In this document: positions 23,164 to 59,299 of the stretch, piece after piece
Layout of the letters: every line of letters begins with the position of its first letter
Numbering within the stretch: the first letter of the stretch is position 1
Source: Leucoraja erinacea
Taxonomy: Eukaryota
Direction: 5' to 3'
Assembly: GCF_028641065.1 (NCBI RefSeq)
Contig: NC_073411.1
Location: 14,074,001-14,138,000, forward strand
DNA length: 64,000 bases
The notes under the pieces: generated by a model
The model's input: only the letters and a program-made list of their open reading frames with translations
Told to the model about the DNA's origin: nothing
Database searches by the model: none
Program-made: the position numbers and the translations under genes

Positions 23164-25839
23164 GGGCATGTGGGCTGAGGAAGGACCTGAATGAGCACAT
23201 GAAATTGAAAAATTTCTAACACGTTGGAAAGATCTTTGTTCGATTTGTTTCAACTGCTTCAACATTCAATTAACTTTAATACAGGTAAAGACAGAAGTAG
23301 TTAAAAGTTCCACATCAAAAATTTAACCAAATGAAAGCATAGGATTAACAGAATTTGACTTTGTATTTTTCAAGTGCCAGCCCTTGTATGTTAACAAAAA
23401 CGAATACAGTTTCCAGCGCTTTCTAAATTAGGATTTTAAAAATAAAATGATCCAGCAGTTCTGTATGGTTAATCTGCAGTGTATCACACCACTCCAACAA
23501 CAATTTACTTGAACTCCTGGGGCTGTGCCAACAAGCTTTGCATTTTGATAACTAAATGCTATATTAGAAAAAAAACTTGCAATTCCAACAGATTTAAAAA
23601 ATCATTAACACATTTAAAGGTACATACAATTATTCTGGCAAAAATTTGCAAACATATCATCTTGGGGCATGTCACTGACAGCCCAGTTACTATTTCTGTC
23701 CAACCAATACACAGGCAAGTTGTTATGTGAACATATTTTAAAGAGGAAACATTTTCACATTCGATTTAATGCGGCAACCATTTGTATTCTACCGACGAGG
23801 ATCAGAATTACCAGATCCTGTATGTACACTGCACCAACCAGCCATGTACCAATTGATTTATTGACAAGTCAGTTGTCTCTAGTTTCATCAATTAGAATGT
23901 TCACATCAGTAGAATTGGCACAGCCTTATTTGATCCAGAAGCCCAGGCAAACGTGACAATCACATTAAGACGATATTGAAGAAAGCTTGTGAGGTTGGCA
24001 GTCTCTCAGTTTGGTGACTGCAGAAAATTTCAACTGGAAGGCCTTCCAGGACATTGTGCTGCCTGGGAGACAATTGGTGGAAAACACACATTTTCCCCCG
24101 GAAACCTAGGAAAGAGCATTTAAAAACCAATGTACAACTGATATGCAATAAAATACATTTACAGTACCTCTTATGCATATGTAATCAATATTGCGACCAT
24201 AGTTGATCATTTACACTAGAATATACTACATTCTGAACACCCTCCGAAGAGACACGTCAAGAGATTTTATCTTTTTAAAAATTACTTATTTTTTTCTGAG
24301 GTGCTTCAAATAGTGACTTAGCCAAGAACCGACAAAACATATCAACTGTGGCAGATGGGCTTGTTGCATGGTGTGGGCATCCCTGCCCATGGAACAGAAC
24401 CCACAACTACCAGGTGAAGAAGCCAGTGGTGCAATTGCCATACTGGCATATCACTGACAATATTTAAATTTGACCTCCCACAACAACATTGCCCCCCACC
24501 CTCACCCCCTTCCCCATCTCTCCCAATTACCATTCATGTGCAATGGTTTTTAGGGGAAGATGCAGAACGAACTCCAGTAATAAAATGTAGCCTCAAGACA
24601 CTGCAGCGACAACTGCCTGAAGTGTTTGCAACATGCCAGTCGTCACGCACGACAGTGAAATGATTCCTACCGTCAGCCTCTTGAAATCAGTAAAAACACA
24701 CCAAGAGAAAACAAAAGTAGAATTGCCATGTGTTAACGGTGGAGGTTGTGAATATTTTAATCTACATGGGGGGGGGGAACTGGTAACAACCACATTTCTG
24801 AGTGCACCAGGATTTTCCTCGTCCTGGGTCCCTGTGCACCCGCCACCTTCAATCAAACACAACTTGGCAGAAATGGTGCTAGTTTTATTTTACCAATGGC
24901 TGCAATATTTTTTTAAAAATGAACGTGTATTATTTAAAAATGGAAACTCATATTCAGATTTTGGGAGTGAGCCGATATGCTCGCCTTCACATCTGGAAAT
25001 TTCAGTTTTAACCAACGCCTGAGGAAAATGCCGTGCAGTGTCAAGTGTAACACTGTGGTTATTTGCACTGTTGAGATCAGGGAATAATGTTCCCAGAAGA
25101 TGGATGCTTCAGAGATATTAGAGCAGCCCATATCCAGGTCAATACCCAGAAGTGCTTTCGCTATCTCACCACTATGTTTTATACTTGGTTTCTTTAATTA
25201 AATGATTAAAACACTACTTCAAAATAACAAAAGAACACATAAATAAACATCTCACTATAGTATTTCATTGCTTTAAACTATGCTGTGTACATGCTGAGAG
25301 CTCAAGGGACTCTAGTTTATCATGTTCTGATGGATCATAATATCTTTGAACACCTCCTACATTTACAAAGTATGGCCTTGTACAATAAAAATGTGGAAAA
25401 CAGGATTATTTAATTTTACAGTTTGAAATCAAATTTGTGGAATGCAAAACTAAACTGCCCAGTGTCTGTATAGAAACACAGCATCTAATATTATGCAATT
25501 TATCTGCCTCATTTTATAAAAGTGGCAGCATTATGTAGAAATCCCTGCTTTTATGTATTCATTCCGATGGCTATAGGAAATAGATTGTAATTTTTTTTTT
25601 TTTAAAACACTGGACACAAAAATTGGCAGGCATCCAGCATCTTTAGACAGAAGCTCGATTGAGACAGATTTCCATGATTTCTAAAAATGAATTACTTTCC
25701 TTTTAAAATAAATACAATGCAGTTGACATCTTTCATTGATCTGGCTTTGAAAAAAAATTATTTAAGTAAACAAAGGCTTGACGTGTCCGCTGTGGCAGGA
25801 AACCACTGGCTAAAGGTAGGAAGAGAGAGTCCTTTCTGC
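22658..25839 (-). other. Probable long AU-rich TIA1 3' UTR
   Basis: About 3.2 kb with no recognisable TE downstream of the stop; overlapping AATAAA pair on the minus strand at 22658-22668. The true 3' end is uncertain. Confidence 0.55.
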
Positions 25840-48499
<22,660 letters not shown>

Positions 48500-48800
48500 G
48501 GTGGTGGGAGCGTCGTGTGAGCGCTGAGGATTCAAGGTTCTCTTCTACTGGTTAAACTAACACGGTCCTGCCTGGGGGGGGGAGAGGGTTTTAATTAAGA
48601 GGAGAGGCGGCGGAGCAGGAGCAGGAGCGGCGGGCGGAGCAGGAGCAGGAGCAGCAGCCGGAGAAACAAAGCCAGAGGAAGAAGAAGTAATAATAACTCC
48701 ACACAAGACACAGGCAGAGAAGATGGCGGCCTGGCCTGGCGTGCCACACTGCGCCTGCGCGGGCTCGCCAACCAGCGCGGCGCGCGGCCCGTCACTCAAC
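48500..48800 (-). promoter_or_regulatory. TIA1 5' UTR and CpG-island promoter
   Basis: CpG-rich; YY1 motif AAGATGGCGGC at 48720-48730; NRF1-type GCGCCTGCGC at 48751-48760; (CTCCTG)-like pyrimidine repeats in the UTR. Confidence 0.8.
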
Positions 48801-48855
48801 ACCCACAAGTTGGGCAAAACTTTGTGCAGAAAGTTTCAACGCAAGATGCCTAGAC

Positions 48856-51047
48856 ATAGAAATATGTCAATTATTGTGGCATGCAGTTGAAGCAGAACAT
48901 ATTGCGTTATGTTTCCCCATTGTATTGTCACCCAGAGATCACTTTATTTATTTTTTATTAATTATTACTGTGACGTACTGTATTATATTCTGTGGCAGTT
49001 CAAGTGAGTTTATTGTCATGTGTCCCTGTATAGGACAATGAAATTCTTGCTTTGCTTCAGCACACAGAACATAGTAGGCATTTACTACAAAACAGATACA
49101 TGTGTCCATATACCATAAATAAATTTAACAGATATAAATGAATAGGTTACACAAAAAAGCTGGAGAAACTCAGCGGGTGCAGCAGCATCTATGGAGCGAA
49201 ATAGGCAACGTTTTGGGCCGAAAAACCCTTCTTCAGACGCCTACCTTGAAGTCTCTTAAAAACTAAATTAATAAATATACAGGTAAAGTACAAATAACAG
49301 AAAATGGTTATTAATAATCAGAGTTTTGTCCGAGCCAGGTTTAATAGCCTGATGGCTGTGGGGAAGTAGCTATTCCTGAACCTGGTTGTTGCAGACTTCG
49401 GGCTCCTGTACCTTCTACCTGAAGGTAGCAGGGAGATGAGTGTGTGGCCAGGATGGTGTGGGATAGAAATATGTCAATTATTGTGGCATGCAGTTGAAGC
49501 AGAACATATTGCGTTATGTTTCCCCATTGTATTGTCACCCAGAGATCACTTTATTTATTTTTTTTTTTATTAATTATTACTGTGACGTACAATAAATGGT
49601 ATTATATTCTGTGGCAGTACCAGGAAGGAAGCAAGTTCAAGTTCAAGTGAGTTTATTGTCCTGTGTCCCTGTATAGGACAATGAAATTCTTGCTTTGCTT
49701 CAGCACACAGAACATAGTAGGCATTTACTACAAAACAGATAAATGTGTCCATATACCATAAATAAATGAAACAGATATAAATGAATAAATATACTGGTAA
49801 AGTACAAATAACAGAAAATGGTTATTAATAATCAGAGTTTTGTCCGAGCCAAGTTTAATAGCCTGATGGCTGTGGGGAAGTAGCTATTCCTGAACCTGGT
49901 TGTTGCAGACTTCGGGCTCCTGTACCTTCTACCTGAAGATAGCAGGGAGATGAGTGTGTGGCCAGGATGGTGTGGGATAGAAATATGTCAATTATTGTGG
50001 CATGCAGTTGAAGCAGAACATATTGCGTTATGTTTCCCCATTGTATTGTCACCCAGAGATCACTTTATTTATTTTTTTATTAATTATTACTGTGACGTAC
50101 TGTATTATATTCTGTGGCAGTACCAGGAAGGAAGCAAGTTCAAGTGAGTTTAAGTTCAAGTGAGTTTATTGTCATGTGTCCCTGTATAGGACAATGAAAT
50201 TCTTGCTTTGATTCAGCACACAGAACATAGGCATTTACTACAAAACAGATAAATGTGTCCATATACCATAAATAAATGAAACAGATGTAAATGAATAAAT
50301 ATACTGGTAAATTTTTCTGAACCTGGTTGTTGCAGACTTCGGGCTCCTGTACCTTCTACCTGAAGGTAGCAGGGAGATGAGTGTGTGGCCAGGATGGTGT
50401 GGGATAGAAATATGTCAATTATTGTGGCATTCAGTTGAAGCAGAACTTATTGCGTTATGTTTCCCCATTGTATTGTCACCCAGAGATCGCTTTATTTATT
50501 TTTTTATTAATTATTACTGTGGCGTACTGTATTATATTCTGTGGCAGTACCAGGAAGGAAGCAAGTTCAAGTTCAAGTGAGTTTATTGTCATGTGTCCCT
50601 GTATAGGACAATTAAATTCTTGCTTTGCTTCAGCACACAGAACATAGTAGGCATTTACTACAAAAAAGATAAATGTGTCCATATACCGTGATATAAATGA
50701 ATAAATATACTGGTAAAGTACAAATAACAGAAAGTGGTTATTAATAATCAGAGTTTTGTCCAAGCCAGGTTTAATAGCCTGATGGCTGTGGGGAAGTAGC
50801 TATTCCTGAACCTGGTTGTTGCAGATTTCAGGCTCCTGTACCTTCTACCTGAAGGTAGCAGGGAGATGAGTGTGTGGCCAGGATGGTATGGGATAGAAAT
50901 ATGTCAATTATTGTGGCATGCAGTTGAAGCAGAATATATTGCGTTATGTTTCTCCATTGTATTGTAACCCAGAGATCACTTTATTTTTTTATTAATTATT
51001 ACTGTGACGTACTGTATTATGTTCTGTGACAGTACCAGGAAGGAAGC
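48856..51047. repeat. Tandem array A-(L-A)x4: ~155-bp unique segment alternating with a Rex1-type LINE 3' fragment
   Basis: A units (atagaaatatgtcaattattgtggcat..) start at ~48856, 49463, 49977, 50404 and 50893. L encodes [32 protein letters not shown] on the minus strand with a (GAACTT)n tail. Confidence 0.9.
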
Positions 51048-51409
51048 AGAGAAAATTGATGGAAAAACCCTGCAGTCATAACTAAAAATGAAAATACTTG
51101 CCATCTAAAATCTTTTATTAGATCAAGTGTTCACGAAGGAACTGCAGATGCTGGAAAATCGAAATCAGTCAGAAGAAGGGTTTCGGCCCGAAACGGTGCC
51201 TATTTCCTTCGCTTCATAGATGCTGCTGCACCCGCTGAGTTTCTCCAGCATTTTTGTGTACCTTTTATTAGATAAGTCAGGTGTTTACTTACTTCCTCAT
51301 TTACTGTCGGTGACTATACAATAAAATCTCTGGGGTACAAATCTAGACAACGGTGTCTGTGTTTTTATTAGATTCAATATGAGCTTTTAATCCTTATTAC
51401 TCAGTGTAC

Positions 51410-51640
51410 AGCACAGTGGCATCGCCATCAGAGCTGCTGTCTATGAGCACCAGGGGCCCAGGTTCAATTCTCACCCCTGGATCTGTCTGTTTGGAGTTTG
51501 CATGTTCACCCTGTGATGCTATAATTTCCTTCAGGTGATCCCGCTTCCTCCTACATTCTATGAAAATGTTCAAGTTTTCCGTTTATTGGTCACTAACACC
51601 ACTGTGTAAGTAAATGGTTGAATCTAGGCGAGTTTATGGG
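51410..51640 (+). mobile_element. Older V-SINE copy
   Basis: tRNA-like head (ccaggttcaattc) and ggagtttgcatgttc core. Confidence 0.6.
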
Positions 51641-53159
51641 AAGATAAGAAACAAAAAGCTGAAGTAACTCAGCAGGTCAGGCAGCATCTCTGGAGAAAAG
51701 GAATAGGTGACGTTTCGGGTCAGGACCCTTCTTGAGACAAGAGTTTATGGGAATGTGGGCAGAATAAAATGGGATTGATGTTACTGGGTGTGATGGAATG
51801 GGTTTGTTGGGTTCAAAGACCTGTTTCTCTGATGTATGACTTTGACATGAGAGAAATATTTACAGTAGCAGTTTGTCTGCCATATACCAATGGATCCTCG
51901 ATGATGCCACATGGATTCAGAGACAAGATACTGTAACACAAGATTTGCATCTGATCTAACATTTATTACTTTACTCTTCCAGTTGTGGACAATGCCTTTT
52001 ACAGACCATGACTTTTAAAGTTTAAATGGGCTAGAAGACTTGGTACTTGAAGATGGAAGCATTTTGTGAGAATTGCTCACAGCCTGCAAATGGAGGAACA
52101 AAAATCATGTGTTAATCAACATCTCTTCTGAAGGACAAATTGACCTGAGCTTTTTGATCGAAGTCTCATAATTTTGTTGAATATCCACAGCCGGAAAACA
52201 AAATTACATTTCCTGAGTGGATGTGTGGCCTCGAATTAAAAAGGGAGGAATAGGGCATTATTTACCTCATTGAAATGCCAAGCACTTAGACGAGTTCAAA
52301 TATCAACAAGGACCTGTTGAATAGAGAAAGGTTGATAACAGTTTTTTAATTCAGTTGTTTTCAATTTGCCAATGTTTAAGTGACTAGAGTCTATGATATA
52401 AGCTATAATTTTAATTTGCATAAAACCATCCAACACTATCCCTGTACAAGTGACAAGGAAATCAGTGAATAGAAATTGTAATTACCTAACTCCAATTATC
52501 TCTTTTCAAATACACCTCGTGGTTTCTATGTTAACTCCATGTAGCTGAAATATGGTGCCTTCTGGCCTGTTGTGGCTACTGGCTCCCACATTCCCACCAT
52601 CAATGCTGCCTGACCTGCTGAGGTCCTCCAGCTCATTTGTGTTTTGCCACGATAAATTCAGCAGGCTTTCTTAAATTGTCAAATAAATTTGTGGAAAATA
52701 TTTTTGTTCCACAGAACGACTTTTATTTAGATAAATGTGCCTGCAGACCCATGATAATGTATATTTAATCATGTATATTTCTGATTAATGATGCTCCCCA
52801 GAGTCCCACATTGAGCATTGATGGAGGCACATCTGTATCATACACGGTTAATGGAGGCAGCTGCTCCAGGTATCAATGAAATAGTTTGAAATCTGAACAC
52901 TAGAACATTGCCTTGAAGCAAAGATCCTTTAATCAATTATTTTACAACCGAGAAGTTTCAAAAATATTCATTTTTTTCTAACATTCAACCTACATTAATT
53001 CCTCTTTTTCATTTCCTTTAGAGTGATTTTGAAATTTATCACGGTGGAAACTAATGATGACTTCAGCATTTACGCTGGAACATAGAGCTGTTTTTACAAG
53101 GGATATCAGTTACAGCATCCTGTTTCTACCCACACTAGAACTTAGCACTTGAAGGAATC

Positions 53160-53345
53160 CTCAGATCACTACCCTGGCGGTCCTCTGTTTAAGATATTTA
53201 CCTAACTCCCTGTAGCCATATTGCAGAATCTCCTTCCTTTTCCTACCAATGTCATTTGCACCAACATGCACAACAACTTCTGGCTGCTCCCCCTCCCCCT
53301 TGAGGCTGTCATGCAGCCACTCCGAAACATCCTGGACCAAGTGTC
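53160..53345 (-). mobile_element. CR1 ORF1 esterase-domain fragment
   Basis: VQDVSEWL..LKGEGEQPEVVVHVGANDIGRKR..YRELGKYLKQRTARVVI. Confidence 0.75.
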
Positions 53346-53789
53346 TATCCCCAGATTCAATCCTGCCACACACTGGGCTGGAAAGGCTGAAATTGTTGAT
53401 TAACGATATTACTTAAAATAACTTTTTTTGGACAGAGGCAGAGTGTGAGGTGCACTTAGTGGACATGGTAGTGTGGAGGGGAGTGATGAAAGGGGGCGAT
53501 AACAGGCACCACACCTCCCTCCTCCTTCTCAACCCCACCCCCCCAAAAAGAAAACCAAATTCTTGTCTCACCTCGTCAGGATTCAGTGCCTACGCCCCAG
53601 TTACACCGTGACCAGATTTCTTAGCTTTTGTGAGATGTATTGAGAGACACAAAATAAAAAGAGACCAATATACAAGATCACGGCTCTTTATTAGTGGCTT
53701 TTTCAATGACCTTTGAAAGGGTGGGTGGGATTTGAGTTGCCTGCTGTAAAAGAAAGGGAGGTCAGGACTTCAGAACAACTCCTTGGTTG

Positions 53790-54524
53790 GACAATACACC
53801 CACTGGTCCTCATGACCCCAACAGGTTAAGTCTTGCTGTCTACAGACACCCTTTGGAAGGGTACGTACTGAGTAACGTCCTGCACCCTGGAAGAGCAGTG
53901 TCCAGAGTGGTTACAGTGGGTTTCTGGTGGAGGAGCAGGCAGAACATTAGGGGTTCGAGTCCAACCCCTGGGGCCCCTGTATCACATTTAGTTCAGAGAT
54001 ACAGTGCCCTTCGGCCCATCGAGTCCGCACTGACCAGCGATCCCACGCACAATAATCCCGCACACGTTTGGGACAATTTATACATGTACCAAGCCTATCA
54101 ACCTAGAGTTAGTGTTAGGGCTAGTGTTAGGGTTAGGGTTAGTGTTAGGGTTAGGGCTAGTGTTAGGGTTATGGTTAGTGTTAGGGTTTGTATAAATTGT
54201 CCCCTAGCGTGTGTGAAATAGTGTGCGGATATTCGCTGGTCACAGGCTGGGTCCACAAATGGGGGGCATCGGGGAAAGTGTGTGGGGGTGGGGGTTTGGA
54301 GAATGGGAGAAGGGGATAGAAACATAGAAATTAGGTGCAGGAGTAGGCCATTCGGCCCTTCGAGCCTGCACCGCCATTCAATATGACAATACACCCACTG
54401 GTCCTCATGACCCCAACAGGTTAAGTCTTGCTGTCTACAGACACCCTTTGGAAGGGTACGTACTGAGTAACGTCCTGCACCCTGGAAGAGCAGTGTCCAG
54501 AGTGGTTACAGTGGGTTTCTGGTG
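53790..54524. repeat. 140-bp direct duplication (53790-53929 = 54385-54524) flanking a composite insert
   Basis: Both copies read gacaatacacccactggtcc...gggtttctggtg. Confidence 0.9.
54105..54188 (+). repeat. Degenerate interstitial telomeric repeat (TTAGGG/TTAGTG/CTAGTG), ~14 hexamers
   Basis: Read directly: ttagtgttagggctagtgttagggttagggttagtg... Confidence 0.85.
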
Positions 54525-54724
54525 ACATCTGACCCCTCTGTTTGGAACCGGTTGCAGTCCGTAGTGACGAGGCTTCAATGGGCTTCTGCTCGATATTTCC
54601 CTCTGGCTCTGTGCAGCAAAATGTTGGAGGTAGATCACCAGCCGTGGACTTGAAGGGCAGGGCAACGCTGAAGATCCCAAAGGCCCACTGTTTCTCCAAA
54701 TACTGAGCGATCCTGCACATACAA

Positions 54725-56260
54725 ATAACAAGGCAAATGTAATGTTAGCATTCATTTCAAGACAACTGGAATATAAACTCAAAAAGCTGGAGTAACTCTA
54801 AAATATATAAGAAGAGATGTAATGCTGAGGCTTTGGTCAACCCCACATGTGGAATATTGTGAACAGTTTTGGGACCCATATCTGAAGAGGGATATGTGCT
54901 GGTATTGGAGAGGTTGTAGAGGAGGTTTATGAGAATGATTGGATTAACATATGATGAATGTTTGACCGCTCTGGACCTGTACTCGCTGGAGTTTAGAAGG
55001 ATGAGCGGGCGACCTCATTGAATAGTGAAAGTGTGGATGTGAGAGGATGTTTCCACTAGTGGGAGAGTGTCTAGGACAAGAGGGCACAGCTTCAGAATTA
55101 AAGGATGTATCTTTAGAAAGGAGACAAGGGGGAATAAAATTAAAGAGAAGGCATATAACATTGCAAAGGTTAGTGGGGTAGCTGGAGAATTGGGAAACTT
55201 TTGAAAAAACAACAGAAGGTAACTAAATGTTGAGAGAGTGGGCTGAGAAGTGGCAAATGGAATACAGCATAGCAATATGTGGAGTCGAAGGCGAAGGCTA
55301 TTTTCTAAATGTGGTGAGAATTCAGGATTTGGAGGTGCAAAGGGAGTGCTGCTGCTGCAGGATTCCTAAAAAGTTAATTTACAAGTTGAATTGGTGGTAA
55401 GGAAGGCAAATGCAAAGCTGGCAGTTATTGTGAGAGGGCTAGAATACAAATGCAGGGATATAATGCTGAGGAGTTCCCAGAGCACTGGGTCAGACCACAT
55501 GTGGAATATTGTGAGCAGTTTTGGGCACCAAATCTCAAGAAAGATGTGTTGGTCCAGAGAACATTTACGAGAATGATCTCAGGAATGATTGGGGTTAAGA
55601 TATGATGGCATTTGGCATCACTGGGCCTGTACGTGCTGGGGTTTAGAAGGATGAGAGGGTAACTCATTTAAACTTACCAAATAGTAAGAGTGGATGTGGA
55701 GAAGATGTTTCCATCAGTCGGAGTCTTCGACGACGCCATAGCCTCAGAATAAAAGGACGTACCTTTAGAAAGATGATAAGGAATTTCTTTAGTCAGAGAG
55801 TGGTGAAGCTGTGGAATTCATTGCCACAGATGGAGATGGAGGCCAAGTCAATGGATATTTTTGAGGCAGAGATTGACAGATTTTTTATTAGTACGTGTAT
55901 CGGGTTATGGGGCGACAGCAGGAGAATGGGGTTGAGAGGGAAAGAGAGATCAGCACTGATTGAATGGCAGAGTAGACTTGATGGGTTGAATGGCCTTATT
56001 CTACTCCTGTAACTTATGAATTTCTTTAGAGAGGGCGGTGAATCTGTGGAATTATTTGCCACAAACGGCAGCAGAGGCCAAGTCATTGGGAATTTTTAAA
56101 GCGGAGATTGACAGGTTCTTGATTAGTAAAGGGGTCAAATGTTACAGGGAGAAGGCAGGAGAATGGGGTCGAGAGGGTGAAATAGATCAGCCATGGTTGA
56201 ATGGTGGAGTAGACTCGATGGGCTGAATGGCCTAATTTTGGTCCTATGACCAATGAACTT
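54725..56260 (+). mobile_element. Cluster of degenerate CR1 LINE fragments
   Basis: Repeated CR1 motifs (KANAKLA..RGLEYK; FFSQRVVKLWNSLPQ; CR1 3' UTR). Confidence 0.8.
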
Positions 56261-56734
56261 ATGACAAGTGGCAGTTTCAAGACCGACAGCTGTCTACATT
56301 GTTGGTGACACAGGAGCTGCTTCAGACGGGGAGACATCGGGAGCCATGAATATGCTGCCAGTGAGTGTTCTCCAACTGTTTGTAAGGTCTATCTCGTGGG
56401 GAATTGCAGGGCAAGGATACCCAAGTAAATGTCTTACCTGAAGTCCCGAGCGATGTCCCAGACCAGGCACGGGAAGGCAGTTCCGCGGAGAAGCAGCTCA
56501 GTCTATTCCTAGTAGCACCACATCCTCAGGAGCACAGAAGAGTCGGGAGCGATGAAGCTTCTACGTTTCCCTTGGTCCATGGCCATCTCCTCAGATCTTG
56601 TCCTTTGGTCAATCTCAGGTCAATCAGATGCTGATGATCACACTGATGAGCCCAGCCTGTGAATGCAGAGAACAACAGCCAGCCAACCATGTCATCTCTA
56701 CCACCCACCAAATGGAGCTCAGGGTCTGGCAGGC

Positions 56735-57197
56735 ACTGATCCCCTGACTCCACTATTTTTAAGAGCCCTATCAAGCTCTCTCTCTTGAAAGCATCCAGAG
56801 AACCGGCCTCCACCGCCCTCTGAGGCAGATAATTCCACAGACTCACCATTCTGTGTGGGGAAAAAAAGTATTTCCTCGTCTCCGTTCTAAATGGCTTACC
56901 CCCTTATTCTTAAACTGTGGCTCCCTGGTTCGGGACTCCCCCAACATCAGGAACATGTTTCCTGCCTCTAGCGTGTCCAAACCCTTAACAATCTTTTATG
57001 TTTCAATGAGATATCCTCTCATCCTTCTAAACTCCAGAGTGTAGAAGCCCAGCCGCTCCATTCTCTCAGCATATGACAGTCCCGCCATCCCGGGAATTAA
57101 CCTTGTAAATCTACTCTGCACTCTCTCAATAGCAAGAATGTCCTTCCTCAAATTAGGGGACCAAAACTACACACAATACTCCTGGTGTGGTCTCACT
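56735..57197 (-). mobile_element. CR1 LINE fragment
   Basis: Reverse complement of the same family as 21130-21535. Confidence 0.8.
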
Positions 57198-57333
57198 TGA
57201 TGTTAAAATACGTAGGCAGTGGTTGGAGTGTCGATCCCAGGCAAGGGCTCAGATGGTAAGTCCACGGGGCTCAAAGTCAGTCTCGAGCAAGGTCTCCAGC
57301 TCAGCACAAATTGGCAACACCCCCTCCTCTATA

Positions 57334-57985
57334 CTTCTTCTTGCGTCTGAGGAAGCAGAGGTTATGTAACGGCCATCAGGCGCTGTAGCCAGTTCAAGAT
57401 GCTGTTGTCAAGGGCTGTGAGGTCCAGCCCTCCACCAGGGGGGAACGGAGGACAGCGCTGTTGAAAATGTCGTGCTGCGCTGTTTGCTGGTCTGCTCCAC
57501 ACACGCAGGCTGCTGATCACACAGCCCCCAGTGATGCATGTTGGCGTTGAACCGGCCGACCCCTGTACGGAGCTGGTTCAGGGCGACCCACTCCTTACGG
57601 GGCAGGTTGGAGCCGAGTGGGGCTGTGGTGTTTGGAGCAACAGTGAGCTGAGGAGGTCGTGAAGTCTGTTCCCAGCTGGTTCTCCGTGCTCCTAGTGTGT
57701 TGAAACGAGCCACACAGGGTCGCTGTGTGACGGGAGAAGAGGCGATGAGATGACAGGCGTTGAGGTCCCAGTTGCTGTGAGTCCTGGGCGAGGTGGTGCA
57801 GAGGATGTTTGGCGTCCGATGGGGCCTTGCATACCAGCCTGTGGGTGAAATACTCTCTGTGATGCTAGGGGGTGCAATACCTGCGAACACCAGAAGAAGA
57901 TTCATCGGAGTAGGACGTAGGCAGCCGGTGATGATATGCATGGTGTTGGTGAGGATGGCGTCAAGATTGCTCATATGAGCGCTGT
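57334..57985 (-). mobile_element. RTEX-like non-LTR retrotransposon 3' fragment
   Basis: ITGCLRPTP..AGIAPP..WVALNQLRTGVGRFNANMHHWGL; (AGA)n tail. Clade assignment from memory. Confidence 0.65.
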
Positions 57986-58044
57986 TGTCGATCTCCCCAT
58001 GGTGAGTCCTGTCAACTGACCTCAGTCAGGTGAACGACAACATT

Positions 58045-58375
58045 GTTCCCGATGTTGGGAAAAATCCAGAACAAGGGGTCACAGTTTAAGGATAAGGGGG
58101 AAGTCTTTTAGGACCGAGATGAGAACATTCTTTTTCACACAGAGAGTGGTGAATCTGTGGAATCCTCTGCCACAGAAAGAATAGTTGAGGCCAGTTCATT
58201 GGCTATATTTAAGAGGGCGTTAGATGTGGCCCTTGTGGCTAAAGGGATCAGGGGGTATGGAGAGAAGGCAGGTACAGGATACTGAGTTGGATGATCAGCC
58301 ATTATCACATTGAATGGCAATGCAGGCTCGAAGGGCCGAATGGCCTCTACTCCTGCACCTATTTTCTATGTTTCT
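58045..58375 (+). mobile_element. Young CR1 3' end
   Basis: Near-identical to the 42281-42610 copy in reverse orientation. Confidence 0.85.
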
Positions 58376-59299
58376 AAAGACAGCAGCAGAAATAACAATG
58401 AACAACAGCTTGCAGCCCTAATGCAACACCTCCTTCTATATCCAACACAGGACCAGCTCAAGGCTGTGTGCTCAGTCCCCTGCTCTATCACCAGGACTGC
58501 ATAGCCAGACCATTCCAATGCCATCTTTAAATTTCACAGATGGTACCACCAATGTTGGGCAAATAATGGGTAATGACAAGTCAGAGTGCAGGAGAGAGAT
58601 TGATAATCTGAGGGAATGCTGCCAATAGGACATTATTACTCCTGGAAGGAATCGACTATGAATATTACAACTAGCACAGCAATTGGCAGAGCAGCAGCCC
58701 CGGCAGGACATAAGCTACGAAGCTGCATCTGTGGCTGGGAAAAGTTAACATCCTAGAAGGGTCTCGAGATCCACCAGGGCCTGAGAGAGTTTGGTGAGAG
58801 GCCTCGCAATGACCATTACTTTCTAAGCGGTAGGTCAAACCAGTCGAGTGAAGCCCAGTGGCAGGTTGACCACAGGGTATCAGCACCCCAGGAAAAGCTC
58901 AACCAAGTACTGTCCCACCAAATGACACGAGTCCAGAGCCCAACCAGCCACAGGTAGCGGAACAGAGGAAGATGGAAGGAAAAAAGCCGAATGGAGCAGT
59001 CACTGGCTGTGTGGCTGAAGAGAAAAGATGCTGTCAGGGCTGCCACGTGACTGACCATCTAGAGGCTAAGCATAAGACACACACCCAGGTCTGATCACCC
59101 TGCGGTGGGCCTGCCTCGACTGAGGGTGTCTTGTGATAAAAGGCCGAAACGCCCAGTGTCATTGAGGTACACAACTGAAGATGTGTCTGATTGGTAGCAA
59201 AATGACCTGGTGGTCATCCCCAAGAATGTCAATTGTAGTGAAACCTTAGGGATTGTAACATCGTCCTACTAATCAATCTGTTCTTCCATATCTGCTTGG

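Noticed and set aside
54105-54188. Chromosome end or fusion site
   Set aside because: The tract is short, degenerate, single-orientation and sits inside a local insert, with no head-to-head telomere arrays.
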